DNA of 54,437 nucleotides, taken from an uncultured Puniceicoccaceae bacterium. GTDB taxonomy: Bacteria; Verrucomicrobiota; Verrucomicrobiia; Opitutales; Oceanipulchritudinaceae. The notes below the pieces were generated by a model, which was not told the origin of the DNA, searched no databases, and saw only the letters and a program-made list of their open reading frames with translations. Each line of letters opens with the position of its first letter. Position 1 is the stretch's first letter. This document shows positions 46,412 through 54,437 of the stretch, in pieces. The translations under genes and the position numbers were made by a program. The stretch lies in assembly GCA_964533835.1 (NCBI GenBank), contig CAZHQD010000001.1, forward strand, positions 1 through 54,437, written 5' to 3'.

Positions 46412-48175
46412 ATGCCTCTTCCGCGTTTACAGTCCTCCATAGTTCAAAAATTACAGGAAATGGGTCGCCTGACTGAAGACCAGGCTAACAGGCTCTATGA
46501 TTCGCCCGACGATATCACGGGCGAAGCGATGGATAAGATACTACGTGAGGAATATAAGATATCAGACTTCAGTTTGCTCACAGCTAAAGCACGGGCCTTT
46601 GAGCTCTATCCGATTAACAGCAAGCATCTGCGGCCAGGTCCGAATACTTTTGAGAAGTTGGAAAAGGATTTTTGTCGGGAAAACAAGGTCTTCCCGCTCG
46701 GAGTTGTAGGCGATCACATAGCGATTGTCATAACAAACCCCTTTAATCTCTCGATCGCCAATCGCATTGCGGAGATTACGAAGCTTAAGGTGAGCCTATT
46801 GCTCGGATTTGAAGCCGATGTGATGACCCACCTTGACGAGAAGGTACAAGCGCCACAGTCCGCTGGTTTTGGAGATGTTATGCGCGGGCTCTCTGATGCG
46901 TTTGGTGAGGATGTAGAAATTAAAGAAGATGAGCTGGAAGAGGAATCGGCGCCTATCATTCAGTTGGCAAACCGCATTATTGAGGACGCCTATTACTCAG
47001 GTGGCTCCGATATACATATCGAACCTTTTGAAACACAGGCACGAATCCGCGTTCGTGTTGACGGCGTTTGTTCGGAAAAACTTTCCATACCACCAAAGGT
47101 ATGCAGCGCTCTGATGGCGCGTCTTAAAGTGATGGCCAATCTTGATATTGCGGAGAAACGTTTGCCGCAGGATGGGCGTATCGTTTTTAAGCAATTTAAC
47201 AAGAAGGGTCTGGATATCGACTTGCGCGTATCTACAGCGCCTCTTAATCACGGCGAGGGCGCTGTGATGCGTATTCTGGACAAGCAAAAGTCTACTTTGC
47301 CTCTTAGTGCGTTAGGCTTTTCGCCTGACAACCTTGCGGTATATCGGGAGGTCATTCAGCGGCCCTATGGCATGGTTCTTCACTGTGGACCAACAGGTTC
47401 AGGAAAATCCATGACGCTGTACTCCGCGCTTAATGAAATTAACACGCCCGATGTCTGTATACGAACCGCAGAAGACCCAATCGAATATACTTTGCCAGGT
47501 CTTTTGCAAATGCAGATGAATCGGCGAATCGGGCTCACTTTTGCCAGTGCGCTACGTGCCTTTCTGCGTCAGGACCCAGACATCATTCTCGTGGGAGAAA
47601 TTCGTGATGCAGAAACTGCTGGAATCGCTGTAGAGGCAGCCCTCACGGGTCATATGCTGTTTTCTACTTTGCATACAAACGATGCTCCCAGTACAGTGGC
47701 ACGACTAACGGACATGGAGATTGAGCCCTTCATGATTTCCACATCAATCCTGGCCGTATGTGCACAGCGTTTGATGCGTCGCGTATGCAAGACATGTAAG
47801 CAAGCATATGTTCCTGAAGGCAGAGAAGCGGCACTAATGGAGCGTGCAATTGGCTGGAACGGGCAAATCTATCGTGCCAGTCCAAACGGTTGTCCTGTAT
47901 GCAACAATACGGGTATGAAAGGGCGCGTAGGAACCCATGAGCTGATGATCACCTCTGAGGATCTCATCAAGGGAATAAACGCTGAAATGGAAGCGGCAAA
48001 GCTAAAGAAAATCGCTGTGCGCAATGGTATGAAAACGCTTCACCAAGACTCCCTTCTCAAGGTGAAAGACGGCATTACTACTATCACGGAAGCTCTCACC
48101 AATATTCCACCTGACTTGGAGGATATAGCGAAAATTATTAGCGCTCCCACCATGGAAGAGGCTCTGCTTTACTAA
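46412..48175 (+). CDS. GspE/PilB-family secretion ATPase (type II secretion / type IV pilus assembly type)
   Basis: 587-aa ORF. It has a T2SSE_N-like N-domain, Walker A GPTGSGKS, Asp box AEDPIEY, Walker [13 protein letters not shown], His box [12 protein letters not shown] and a tetracysteine CKTC…CPVC. Confidence 0.9.
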   Translation: MPLPRLQSSIVQKLQEMGRLTEDQANRLYDSPDDITGEAMDKILREEYKISDFSLLTAKARAFELYPINSKHLRPGPNTFEKLEKDFCRENKVFPLGVVGDHIAIVITNPFNLSIANRIAEITKLKVSLLLGFEADVMTHLDEKVQAPQSAGFGDVMRGLSDAFGEDVEIKEDELEEESAPIIQLANRIIEDAYYSGGSDIHIEPFETQARIRVRVDGVCSEKLSIPPKVCSALMARLKVMANLDIAEKRLPQDGRIVFKQFNKKGLDIDLRVSTAPLNHGEGAVMRILDKQKSTLPLSALGFSPDNLAVYREVIQRPYGMVLHCGPTGSGKSMTLYSALNEINTPDVCIRTAEDPIEYTLPGLLQMQMNRRIGLTFASALRAFLRQDPDIILVGEIRDAETAGIAVEAALTGHMLFSTLHTNDAPSTVARLTDMEIEPFMISTSILAVCAQRLMRRVCKTCKQAYVPEGREAALMERAIGWNGQIYRASPNGCPVCNNTGMKGRVGTHELMITSEDLIKGINAEMEAAKLKKIAVRNGMKTLHQDSLLKVKDGITTITEALTNIPPDLEDIAKIISAPTMEEALLY

Positions 48176-48190
48176 TTTTACAATTCTCCT

Positions 48191-48667
48191 ATGCAGTATT
48201 GGTTGATGAAGTCAGAGCCCGACGTTTTTTCGTTTGATGATTTGAAGAAGCGTCCCAATAAAACCGAACCTTGGAATGGAGTTCGCAATTATCAGGCAAG
48301 AAACTTCATGCGTGATTCCATGAAGGTGGGTGACCAAGTTCTCTTCTACCATAGCAATGCCAATCCTCCTGGTGTAGCTGGTATTGCCGAAGTCGCCAGC
48401 AAGGCTTATCCCGATCCAACTCAATGGGATACTAAAAGTGAATATTACGACCCTAAAGCCACAAGGGACAATCCAAGATGGTATTTGGTAGATGTCCGAT
48501 GGAAGGCCGACTTTAAGCGCTATTTGTCGCTTGATGAATTACGAGCCAATCCCGATCTTCTAGGTCTACTTGTAACAAAGCCTGGACAAAGGCTGTCTGT
48601 CCAGCCAGTGGAGAAGCATCACTTTGAGATAATTTGCCGTTATGGCGGAATCTTGGAACTCCCCTAA
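48191..48667 (+). CDS. EVE (PUA-like) domain protein
   Basis: 158-aa ORF. MQYWLMKSEPDVFSFDDLKK…WNGVRNYQARNFMRDSMKVGDQVLFYHSN is the typical EVE-domain N-terminus. Confidence 0.8.
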   Translation: MQYWLMKSEPDVFSFDDLKKRPNKTEPWNGVRNYQARNFMRDSMKVGDQVLFYHSNANPPGVAGIAEVASKAYPDPTQWDTKSEYYDPKATRDNPRWYLVDVRWKADFKRYLSLDELRANPDLLGLLVTKPGQRLSVQPVEKHHFEIICRYGGILELP

Positions 48668-48719
48668 TCCTAGAGTTGCACAACAGGCCAGTTTAGAGGT
48701 AAATTGCGCCATTCTGCCC

Positions 48720-49535
48720 ATGAGTTTTCTAAACCTTAAGGACAAGACCTTTCTGCTATTCGGAGTATCCAATCGCCGCAGTATAGCCTACGCCGTTGCT
48801 ACCCTCTTGATCGAAGAAGGCGCTAAAGTTGTTCTGAGTGTTCGCAATTCCGAACGGAAAGCCGAAATGGCAAAGCTCCTTCCTTCATGCCCTGCGTATA
48901 TTTGTGATCTTGAGACAGAAGGCGCCGCACAGTCGCTCGCAGATGAAATCGGGCCGGCTTATAATTCTTTTGCAGGAATTCTTCATTCGGTTGCCTTCGC
49001 CAACTATAGCAACGGGATTCAGCCTTTCCATAAGACCAACCGCAAAGACTTCTTACAAGCTACCACTATTTCAGCGTTTTCACTTGTTGAAGTCGCAAAT
49101 GCATTCAAACCTTTTCTGACGAAAACGGCCTCAGTTGTTACAGTGGGTATCTCTTCTTATGTAACAGCCGCCAGTTATGGCTACATGTCCCCTATAAAGC
49201 AATCGCTTGAAGGCTGTGTGCGATTCTTGGCAAAGTCATTTAGTGAGGATACGGAAGTCCGCTTCAACAGTGTTAATGCGGGGCCCTTAAAAACGAAGTC
49301 TTCTGCAGGGATTCCAGGCTATTTGGATAATTATCTCTTCGGTGAAAAGATGACTTTCCGTAAACGCGCATTGGAGACTAAAGAGGTAGCCAATACATGC
49401 TTGTTTCTTCTGAGTGAGCGCAGTAGTGGCATTAATGCTCAGGGCATAGTCGTAAATGGCGGTATGGATATAAACTATTTTGACCAAGAACTAGTGGCGC
49501 TTGCTATGGGCAAAAAAGCTCCGTCCAAATCATAA
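48720..49535 (+). CDS. fabI: enoyl-ACP reductase FabI
   Basis: Start placed at the internal ATG 48720 (MSFLNLKDKTFLLFGVSNRRSIAYAV). It has the FabI-type Y-x6-K (YGYMSPIKQSLEGCVRFLA, compare YNVMGLAKASLEANVRYMA). Confidence 0.8.
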   Translation: MSFLNLKDKTFLLFGVSNRRSIAYAVATLLIEEGAKVVLSVRNSERKAEMAKLLPSCPAYICDLETEGAAQSLADEIGPAYNSFAGILHSVAFANYSNGIQPFHKTNRKDFLQATTISAFSLVEVANAFKPFLTKTASVVTVGISSYVTAASYGYMSPIKQSLEGCVRFLAKSFSEDTEVRFNSVNAGPLKTKSSAGIPGYLDNYLFGEKMTFRKRALETKEVANTCLFLLSERSSGINAQGIVVNGGMDINYFDQELVALAMGKKAPSKS

Positions 49536-49548
49536 TGATTTGATCCTA

Positions 49549-50595
49549 ATGCGTTTTCAGAACACACAGTTATCGCATTTGGCTACTGCGCTGCCTCCGA
49601 GCGTCATTTCATCTGCTTCGATAGAAGATCAGCTATCTCCACTATACGAGAGACTTCGTTTGCCAAAGGGGCGCCTAGAGCTAATGACAGGAATTCGGGA
49701 ACGTCGTTACTGGCCAAGCTCTATTAGTCCCAGCCAAGCCAGTGCTCTTGCAGCGCAAAAAACATTAGATAAGTGGCGTGGCAATAAGGAGAGTATTGAT
49801 CTCCTCATTCATTGTGGCGTGTGTCGAGATCGCTTGGAACCAGCAACCGCTGCCTATGTACATGGCTTGCTGGGCTTGTCTGGAAGAACACAAATACTGG
49901 ACGTATCCAACGCCTGCTTGGGATTCCTAAACGCGATTATTTTGGCTGCTGGACTTATCGAGTCTGGCCAGATTGAGACGGCACTGGTGTGTACTGGTGA
50001 AATCGGCAAACCGCTTCTTGATAAGACGCTGAAGCAACTTTTAGAGCCTCATCATGATAGAAATAGTATAAAGCCTTTATTTGCCAATCTAACTATAGGT
50101 TCTGCTGCAGTTGCCACGTTTGTGGAGCGAAAGAGAGCGTCTCACCAATCTGAGGTTCGTTTGAACTTACTCAATGCGGTCCATGAAACGGACACCTCTC
50201 ACAATCACCTTTGCCAAGGCGGCAACTCTCTAGACGGCGAAGGCTTAGAGATGTTAACTGATAGCGAGGCCCTTCTTGAAGCTGGGCTCAAGGTGGCAGA
50301 ACGCGCATGGGCATCGTTTATTCAAGAGTCTGGATGGACTTCAGAGACTCCAGATAGAGTAATTTGTCACCAAGTCGGTCGCGCTCATCAGAAAAGACTT
50401 CTGGCATCCCTCGGTATCTCTGAAAGCAAAGATTTTTTCACATACCCAACCCTTGGTAACACAGGTTCCGCTGCTCTCCCCTTCACGCTGGCTGAGGCTT
50501 TGTCAAACGGAGTCTTGAGTAAAGGCTCAAAGGCTGCTCTGCTTGGCATAGGCAGTGGTCTCAGCAGCATAATGATGGCTGTAGAGATTGTGTAA
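49549..50595 (+). CDS. FabH-fold thiolase, OleA-like (alternatively a divergent KAS III)
   Basis: Start placed at ATG 49549 (MRFQNTQLSHLATALPP…), 13 nt after the fabI stop. Cys-His-Asn set: LDVSNACLGFLNAI, ICHQVGRAH, LGNTGSAALP. The N-terminus, the GIRERRYW block and the C-terminal ALLGIGSGLSSIMMAVEIV resemble OleA as I remember it, rather than canonical FabH. Confidence 0.6.
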   Translation: MRFQNTQLSHLATALPPSVISSASIEDQLSPLYERLRLPKGRLELMTGIRERRYWPSSISPSQASALAAQKTLDKWRGNKESIDLLIHCGVCRDRLEPATAAYVHGLLGLSGRTQILDVSNACLGFLNAIILAAGLIESGQIETALVCTGEIGKPLLDKTLKQLLEPHHDRNSIKPLFANLTIGSAAVATFVERKRASHQSEVRLNLLNAVHETDTSHNHLCQGGNSLDGEGLEMLTDSEALLEAGLKVAERAWASFIQESGWTSETPDRVICHQVGRAHQKRLLASLGISESKDFFTYPTLGNTGSAALPFTLAEALSNGVLSKGSKAALLGIGSGLSSIMMAVEIV

Positions 50596-50613
50596 TTTTT
50601 AACCCATTTTTGC

Positions 50614-51492
50614 TTGAGCACCTTACTTCCAGAAAGTCTGCGCACGATTTATCCCTTCGAGAGCCACTTCTTTGCAACTGAAGAAGGACGATTGCACTAC
50701 GTAGATGAAGGCCAAGGAGAAGCAGTGCTCTGCTTACACGGCAACCCTACTTGGTCATTTTTTTTTCGTGACATAGTGAGTGCACTAAAATCTACCAATC
50801 GGGTGATTGCTGTGGATCATCTTGGTTGTGGTCTTTCCGACAAACCTCAAGACGCACGTTATGATCTTTCTGCGCATATTGATCGCATGGAAGCATTTGT
50901 TCGGTCTCTACAAATTACAAAGCTTCACTTGATCGTACATGATTGGGGTGGTGCGATTGGCTTTGGTTTGGCCGCAAGAATGCCTCAGATTATTTCTAAA
51001 ATAGTTATTCTAAATACGGGCGCATTCCGATCAACGGATATCCCCAAGCGTATTGCAATTTGTAGGGCACCGTATCTAGGGCATTTTTTGTTGAGAGGGC
51101 TAAACGCTTTTGTGATTGGCGCCTTGTCTATGGCTGTGGTGAAACCGCTTTCTAAGCAGATTAAAGCTGGTTATCTTTTCCCTTACGGCAGTTGGGCTGA
51201 TCGCATAGCAATAGACAGCTTTGTGCATGATATCCCTCTTGCTGAGAGCCACCCTAGCTACTCTACACTTGTTTCAATAGACAAAGCTCTAGGTCAATTT
51301 GCCAATAACCCCATTAAGATAATCTGGGGAGGTAAGGATTGGTGCTTTCATGATGGATTTTTGGCAGAATGGCGACGGAGATTCCCCCGAGCTGATGTGC
51401 ACTATTTGCCAAGGGCGGGTCACTGGTTGCTGGAAGACGCACCAGAGCAGGTGCCTGCTATAGTGCGCATTTTTCTATCGGCAACTACCTAG
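50614..51492 (+). CDS. alpha/beta hydrolase of the haloalkane-dehalogenase-like subfamily (OleB-like)
   Basis: 292-aa ORF with a TTG start. LHGNPTWSFFFRDIV and IVHDWGGAIGFGLA (Asp nucleophile) are HLD/OleB-type blocks. Its stop overlaps the convergent malQ by 8 nt. Confidence 0.65.
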   Translation: MSTLLPESLRTIYPFESHFFATEEGRLHYVDEGQGEAVLCLHGNPTWSFFFRDIVSALKSTNRVIAVDHLGCGLSDKPQDARYDLSAHIDRMEAFVRSLQITKLHLIVHDWGGAIGFGLAARMPQIISKIVILNTGAFRSTDIPKRIAICRAPYLGHFLLRGLNAFVIGALSMAVVKPLSKQIKAGYLFPYGSWADRIAIDSFVHDIPLAESHPSYSTLVSIDKALGQFANNPIKIIWGGKDWCFHDGFLAEWRRRFPRADVHYLPRAGHWLLEDAPEQVPAIVRIFLSATT

Positions 51493-53071
51493 TCTTTGAA
51501 CTAGTTGTGGGATCTTTTTCGGGCACTCCATCATTGCGACCATAGAGCCAAGCTAGCTCTTTAAGGTATCCAGAGGATTGCTTTTCCAGTTTTGTCAATT
51601 GATCAGCAGTGTAGCGCCATTGCCAGTTGCCCTGGGCAGTTCCGGGTGCATTCATCCTTGCCTCGGCCCCCAACGAGAGCAAATCCTGCATAGGTATTAT
51701 GCCAAGATTTGCAGGACTGGAATATGTGGCACGTATCATGTCCCAGGCGATTTCTCTGCCACTGATCCTGAAGTAGCGCCTCACATGGTCTCTAGTGGCC
51801 TCATTAGCGCTTTCGTACCAACCAACTGTTGTGGAGTTGTCATGTGTGCCTGGATAGACAACCGTATTGCGACTTATATTGTGAGGTAGGTAGAGATTCT
51901 TCGTATCAGATCCGTCGAAAGCGAAGTGCAGAATGGCCATCCCGGGGAGCCCCGTCTGCGCAAGAAACTCTCTAACCTCTTGTGGGATGATACCAAGATC
52001 CTCGGCTATTATTTTAGCGTTGGGAATAGCGGTCTTTATTGCTGCAAAAAACTCAATGCCAGGCCCATCGGCCCACTTGCCACTGCGTGCATCTCTTGCA
52101 TTTGCTGGAATTTCCCAATAGGCGTGAAATCCTCTAAAGTGATCCAAGCGCACAACATCAAACAGCTTGAAGCACATTTTCAATCGGTTAATCCACCACG
52201 CATAACGCGTAGACTTGCAGGTTTTCCAGTCGTACAGAGGATTTCCCCAAAGCTGGCCCGTTTCGGAAAAATAATCTGGCGGCACTCCTGCCACAGCGCT
52301 CGGCAGACCTTCCTTGTTTAGCTGAAATAGCTCAGGGTGCGCCCAAACGTCTGCACTATCCAGTGAAACAAAAATGGGGATATCGCCTATGAGCTCTACA
52401 CCCTTCGTTCGGGCATAGTCTCTCAACTGCTGCCACTGCCCAAAGAACAGGTATTGATAAAAGCAGTGGCTTTCGATCACATCGGTTAGTTCATCTGGCA
52501 TCTCAGTCTTTTCGACTTTGCTTCTTTCGCGAAATTCCCTTGGCCATTCCGTCCAAGATTTTCCGCCAAAATGTTGCTTGAGGGCCATGAACTGTGCAAA
52601 TGGCAGAAGCCAGTCGGCATTTTCCTTTTTAAAGCCTGCGAATAGACCGTAGTTTGCGAGATAGGCCAAGTTGCGCTCGCGAAATCGCCTCCAAGCCAGC
52701 CGCAATATCGGCCACTTCGTTAAGTACAAAGCGCCAAAGTCCACACGGCCCTGCGGCATAATTTCTAAAGGCTTCAGCTCAGAGCGCTTTAGTAGTCCAA
52801 ATTCCAATAAAGCATCCAGGTCTATAAAATAGGGATTTCCAGCAAATGCTGAAAATGCTGAGTAGGGGGAGTCGCCATAGCCGGTTGGTCCTACAGGCAG
52901 CGTTTGCCAATAACGTATCTCTGCATTGCACAAAAAATCGATAAACTGTCGCGCGGCTGAGCCAAGCGTTCCTACACCCTCGCTGCTTGGGAAAGAAGTA
53001 GGATGGCAAAGTATGCCTGTCGCACGGTGGTCAAGCCAATTGAATAGTGGTGTGGATTTTGGAGTGGCCAT
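51485..53071 (-). CDS. malQ: 4-alpha-glucanotransferase (amylomaltase, GH77)
   Basis: 528-aa ORF. GVGTLGSAARQFIDFLCNAEIRYWQTLPVGPTGYGDSPYSAFSAFAGNPYFID, VRLDHFRGF and YPGTHDNSTTVGW are canonical MalQ blocks. Confidence 0.9.
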   Translation of the reverse strand: MATPKSTPLFNWLDHRATGILCHPTSFPSSEGVGTLGSAARQFIDFLCNAEIRYWQTLPVGPTGYGDSPYSAFSAFAGNPYFIDLDALLEFGLLKRSELKPLEIMPQGRVDFGALYLTKWPILRLAWRRFRERNLAYLANYGLFAGFKKENADWLLPFAQFMALKQHFGGKSWTEWPREFRERSKVEKTEMPDELTDVIESHCFYQYLFFGQWQQLRDYARTKGVELIGDIPIFVSLDSADVWAHPELFQLNKEGLPSAVAGVPPDYFSETGQLWGNPLYDWKTCKSTRYAWWINRLKMCFKLFDVVRLDHFRGFHAYWEIPANARDARSGKWADGPGIEFFAAIKTAIPNAKIIAEDLGIIPQEVREFLAQTGLPGMAILHFAFDGSDTKNLYLPHNISRNTVVYPGTHDNSTTVGWYESANEATRDHVRRYFRISGREIAWDMIRATYSSPANLGIIPMQDLLSLGAEARMNAPGTAQGNWQWRYTADQLTKLEKQSSGYLKELAWLYGRNDGVPEKDPTTSSKTR

Positions 53072-53556
53072 GTTGCTTTCGGCCTAGCCTGATAGCTAGC
53101 TTATCCAAAATCCAGCAATAAAGCCGTAAAATGCAATAATCTACTTGTGACTCGATACCCTTAAAATGATTGGAGGCTGCTCTAGCCCTACGAAGTAACA
53201 CAATCATTTTACAAATGAATCTCTTTGGCTAAAAGTAGGGACTTTATCCTATATGCGCTAGTTGCGTGCGGTATTCGAATCCTTGAAAGGTATAGTATGT
53301 CGACAGAGTGGACCTTACTTTTGTAAAAAATATAAACAAACTATAAAAAAAAGAGTTGCTTGAGACGGTGTGAAGTTTAGATTCGAGCGCTATACCCTAA
53401 TAGAAATCTCAAACGCTGTTTGAGGCTTATATGCAACGATTGCGCTTATTACCCGTCTCATACCCTGTATCGCTGTAGGTACGTAAGATTAAAACTAACG
53501 CTTTCCGCATAGGAAAAAAGCATTACTAACTGATACCTCCCAATACCTCACACACA

Positions 53557-54437
53557 ATGATGAACATGAAAACACCTAAAACCCGCCTGGCGGGCTGGCT
53601 GTCAGTGGCAGCGGCCGTTGGGCTCGCAGCCTCTCCGGCTGCTTTTGCTAAAATAACGGCACATGAAGACTTCGGCAGCTATGCTGCTGGTGAGTCAATT
53701 GTTGACCAAACCGGAGGCGGTTTCGGCTTCACTGGGAACTGGATTCTCCGTGAGACGAATTCATTCTGGGGGCAGCCAATCACCCGTCCTGATCCAGCTG
53801 AATTTGATGGCAAAATCCTGACAACAGGAGCCGCATTCATGGGTGGCGCAGGGCGCGTCGAGCGCGAGTTTGCAAATGGCGGCTACACAACCGGAACAAT
53901 TTGGATTACTCATGTTTTTGATCCAGTAGTGTTGCCCGATACTGGTGAAAATCAGTTTTGGGTATGCAGCAAGCGCACGGGTGACTTCACCTTCAATACT
54001 GAAACCAACCAGTGGGAACCAGTTGCTGGAAGCGTAGAAGCATTTCGTAAATTCGGAGTTGTCGCTGGTGTGCGAGTGCTTAACGGCGAATTGATGATCT
54101 ACGATACAAGTTTGGATACACTCACGACCGCAACTGAAGAAGGTGAAGATAATCCCTTCACTGTCGGCGGGCAAGGTGAGGTTTATCGCAAATTTACCTC
54201 TGGTGACCCAGCTGCTCCAGTAGTCATCACAGGTCCCATATTTGCAGCCATCAAGCTTGATATTGTGGCAAACACCGTGAGTTACTATATTTTCAAGGCT
54301 GGTGACGACACTTCCGCGGCAGCAAACGCAACTTGGAAACTTGAAAACCTCACGATCGCTGCTGATCGTCGCGATGGTGGTGTATCTGCGGCACGAGGCA
54401 TTGCTATTTTCACTGTTGGCAACGATCGTGTAGCCCG
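53557..54437 (+). CDS. exported protein of unknown function, N-terminal fragment (runs off the window end)
   Basis: Not in the ORF track because it is open-ended. The frame from ATG 53557 is open to the last base. It reads MMNMKTPKTRLAGWLSVAAAVGLAASPAAFAKITAHEDFGSYAAGESIVDQTGGGFGFTGNWIL…, with a clear signal peptide (AFA-K) and beta-rich sequence after it. It displaces the antisense track ORF 53761..54174. Confidence 0.6.
   Translation, partial: MMNMKTPKTRLAGWLSVAAAVGLAASPAAFAKITAHEDFGSYAAGESIVDQTGGGFGFTGNWILRETNSFWGQPITRPDPAEFDGKILTTGAAFMGGAGRVEREFANGGYTTGTIWITHVFDPVVLPDTGENQFWVCSKRTGDFTFNTETNQWEPVAGSVEAFRKFGVVAGVRVLNGELMIYDTSLDTLTTATEEGEDNPFTVGGQGEVYRKFTSGDPAAPVVITGPIFAAIKLDIVANTVSYYIFKAGDDTSAAANATWKLENLTIAADRRDGGVSAARGIAIFTVGNDRVA

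Noticed and set aside
46412-46520. MshEN c-di-GMP motif in the N-terminus of the 587-aa ATPase itself
   Set aside because: The segment [24 protein letters not shown] lacks the Gly residues and the spacing of the RLGxxLLxxGLL…LxxxLxxQ motif.
53361-53460. Possible ~100-nt structured RNA closed by an 8-bp helix
   Set aside because: An 8-bp complement at this distance is expected about once or twice by chance in a 485-bp region. No known riboswitch or sRNA consensus was recognised. It is kept only as a low-interest note under the intergenic finding.
1-54437. Window-wide look for CRISPR arrays, rRNA/tRNA genes, IS elements, integrases, toxin-antitoxin pairs and restriction-modification or other known defence genes
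   Set aside because: I recognised none. Intergenic regions are short (mostly under 200 nt) and show no cloverleaf-like or spacer-repeat structure. The only notable repeats are the short words at 34643-34739. A by-eye scan cannot exclude small or degenerate elements.

Overview
This 54.4-kb window looks like ordinary chromosome from a diderm, polysaccharide-degrading bacterium. It carries lnt, a fused lpxC/fabZ, mreBCD and GH78, GH43 and GH30-like hydrolases. The gene content is reminiscent of Verrucomicrobiota/PVC-type genomes, but I cannot establish the taxon without a database search. I can support about 37 protein-coding genes, two of them running off the window edges and therefore absent from the ORF track: cysS at the 5' end and a secreted protein at the 3' end. 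I saw no rRNA, tRNA, CRISPR array, transposase or integrase.

Housekeeping genes: cysS, serS, topB, lnt, mreBCD, lpxC/fabZ, fabI, malQ.

Six loci are worth a second look:
1. A five-gene operon at 15.2-24.7 kb encodes circularly permuted ATP-grasp, alpha-E and transglutaminase-like proteins. It contains two ligase and two peptidase modules. A third ATP-grasp::alpha-E paralog sits at 0.3-2.9 kb next to an M42 peptidase. The family is defined only by comparative genomics.
2. At 43.1-48.2 kb, a stand-alone GspE-N-type domain protein and two receiver proteins precede an intact GspE/PilB-type ATPase. The receivers' NtrC-type AAA+ modules have lost Walker A and GAFTGA. No other secretion or pilus gene is present.
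3. A 1158-aa protein at 34.9-38.3 kb carries PEPCK-like motifs at a size that suggests a PPi-type PEP carboxykinase. A repeat and mini-ORF-rich leader lies upstream of it.
4. An oleA-like/oleB-like pair lies behind fabI, with no oleC or oleD in the window.
5. The two exported glycosidases share a C-terminal module.
6. An arsR-SDR-MFS-DUF1295 operon lies divergent from an orphan KamA-family radical SAM gene.

All functional calls rest on motif recognition by eye. No searches were run.
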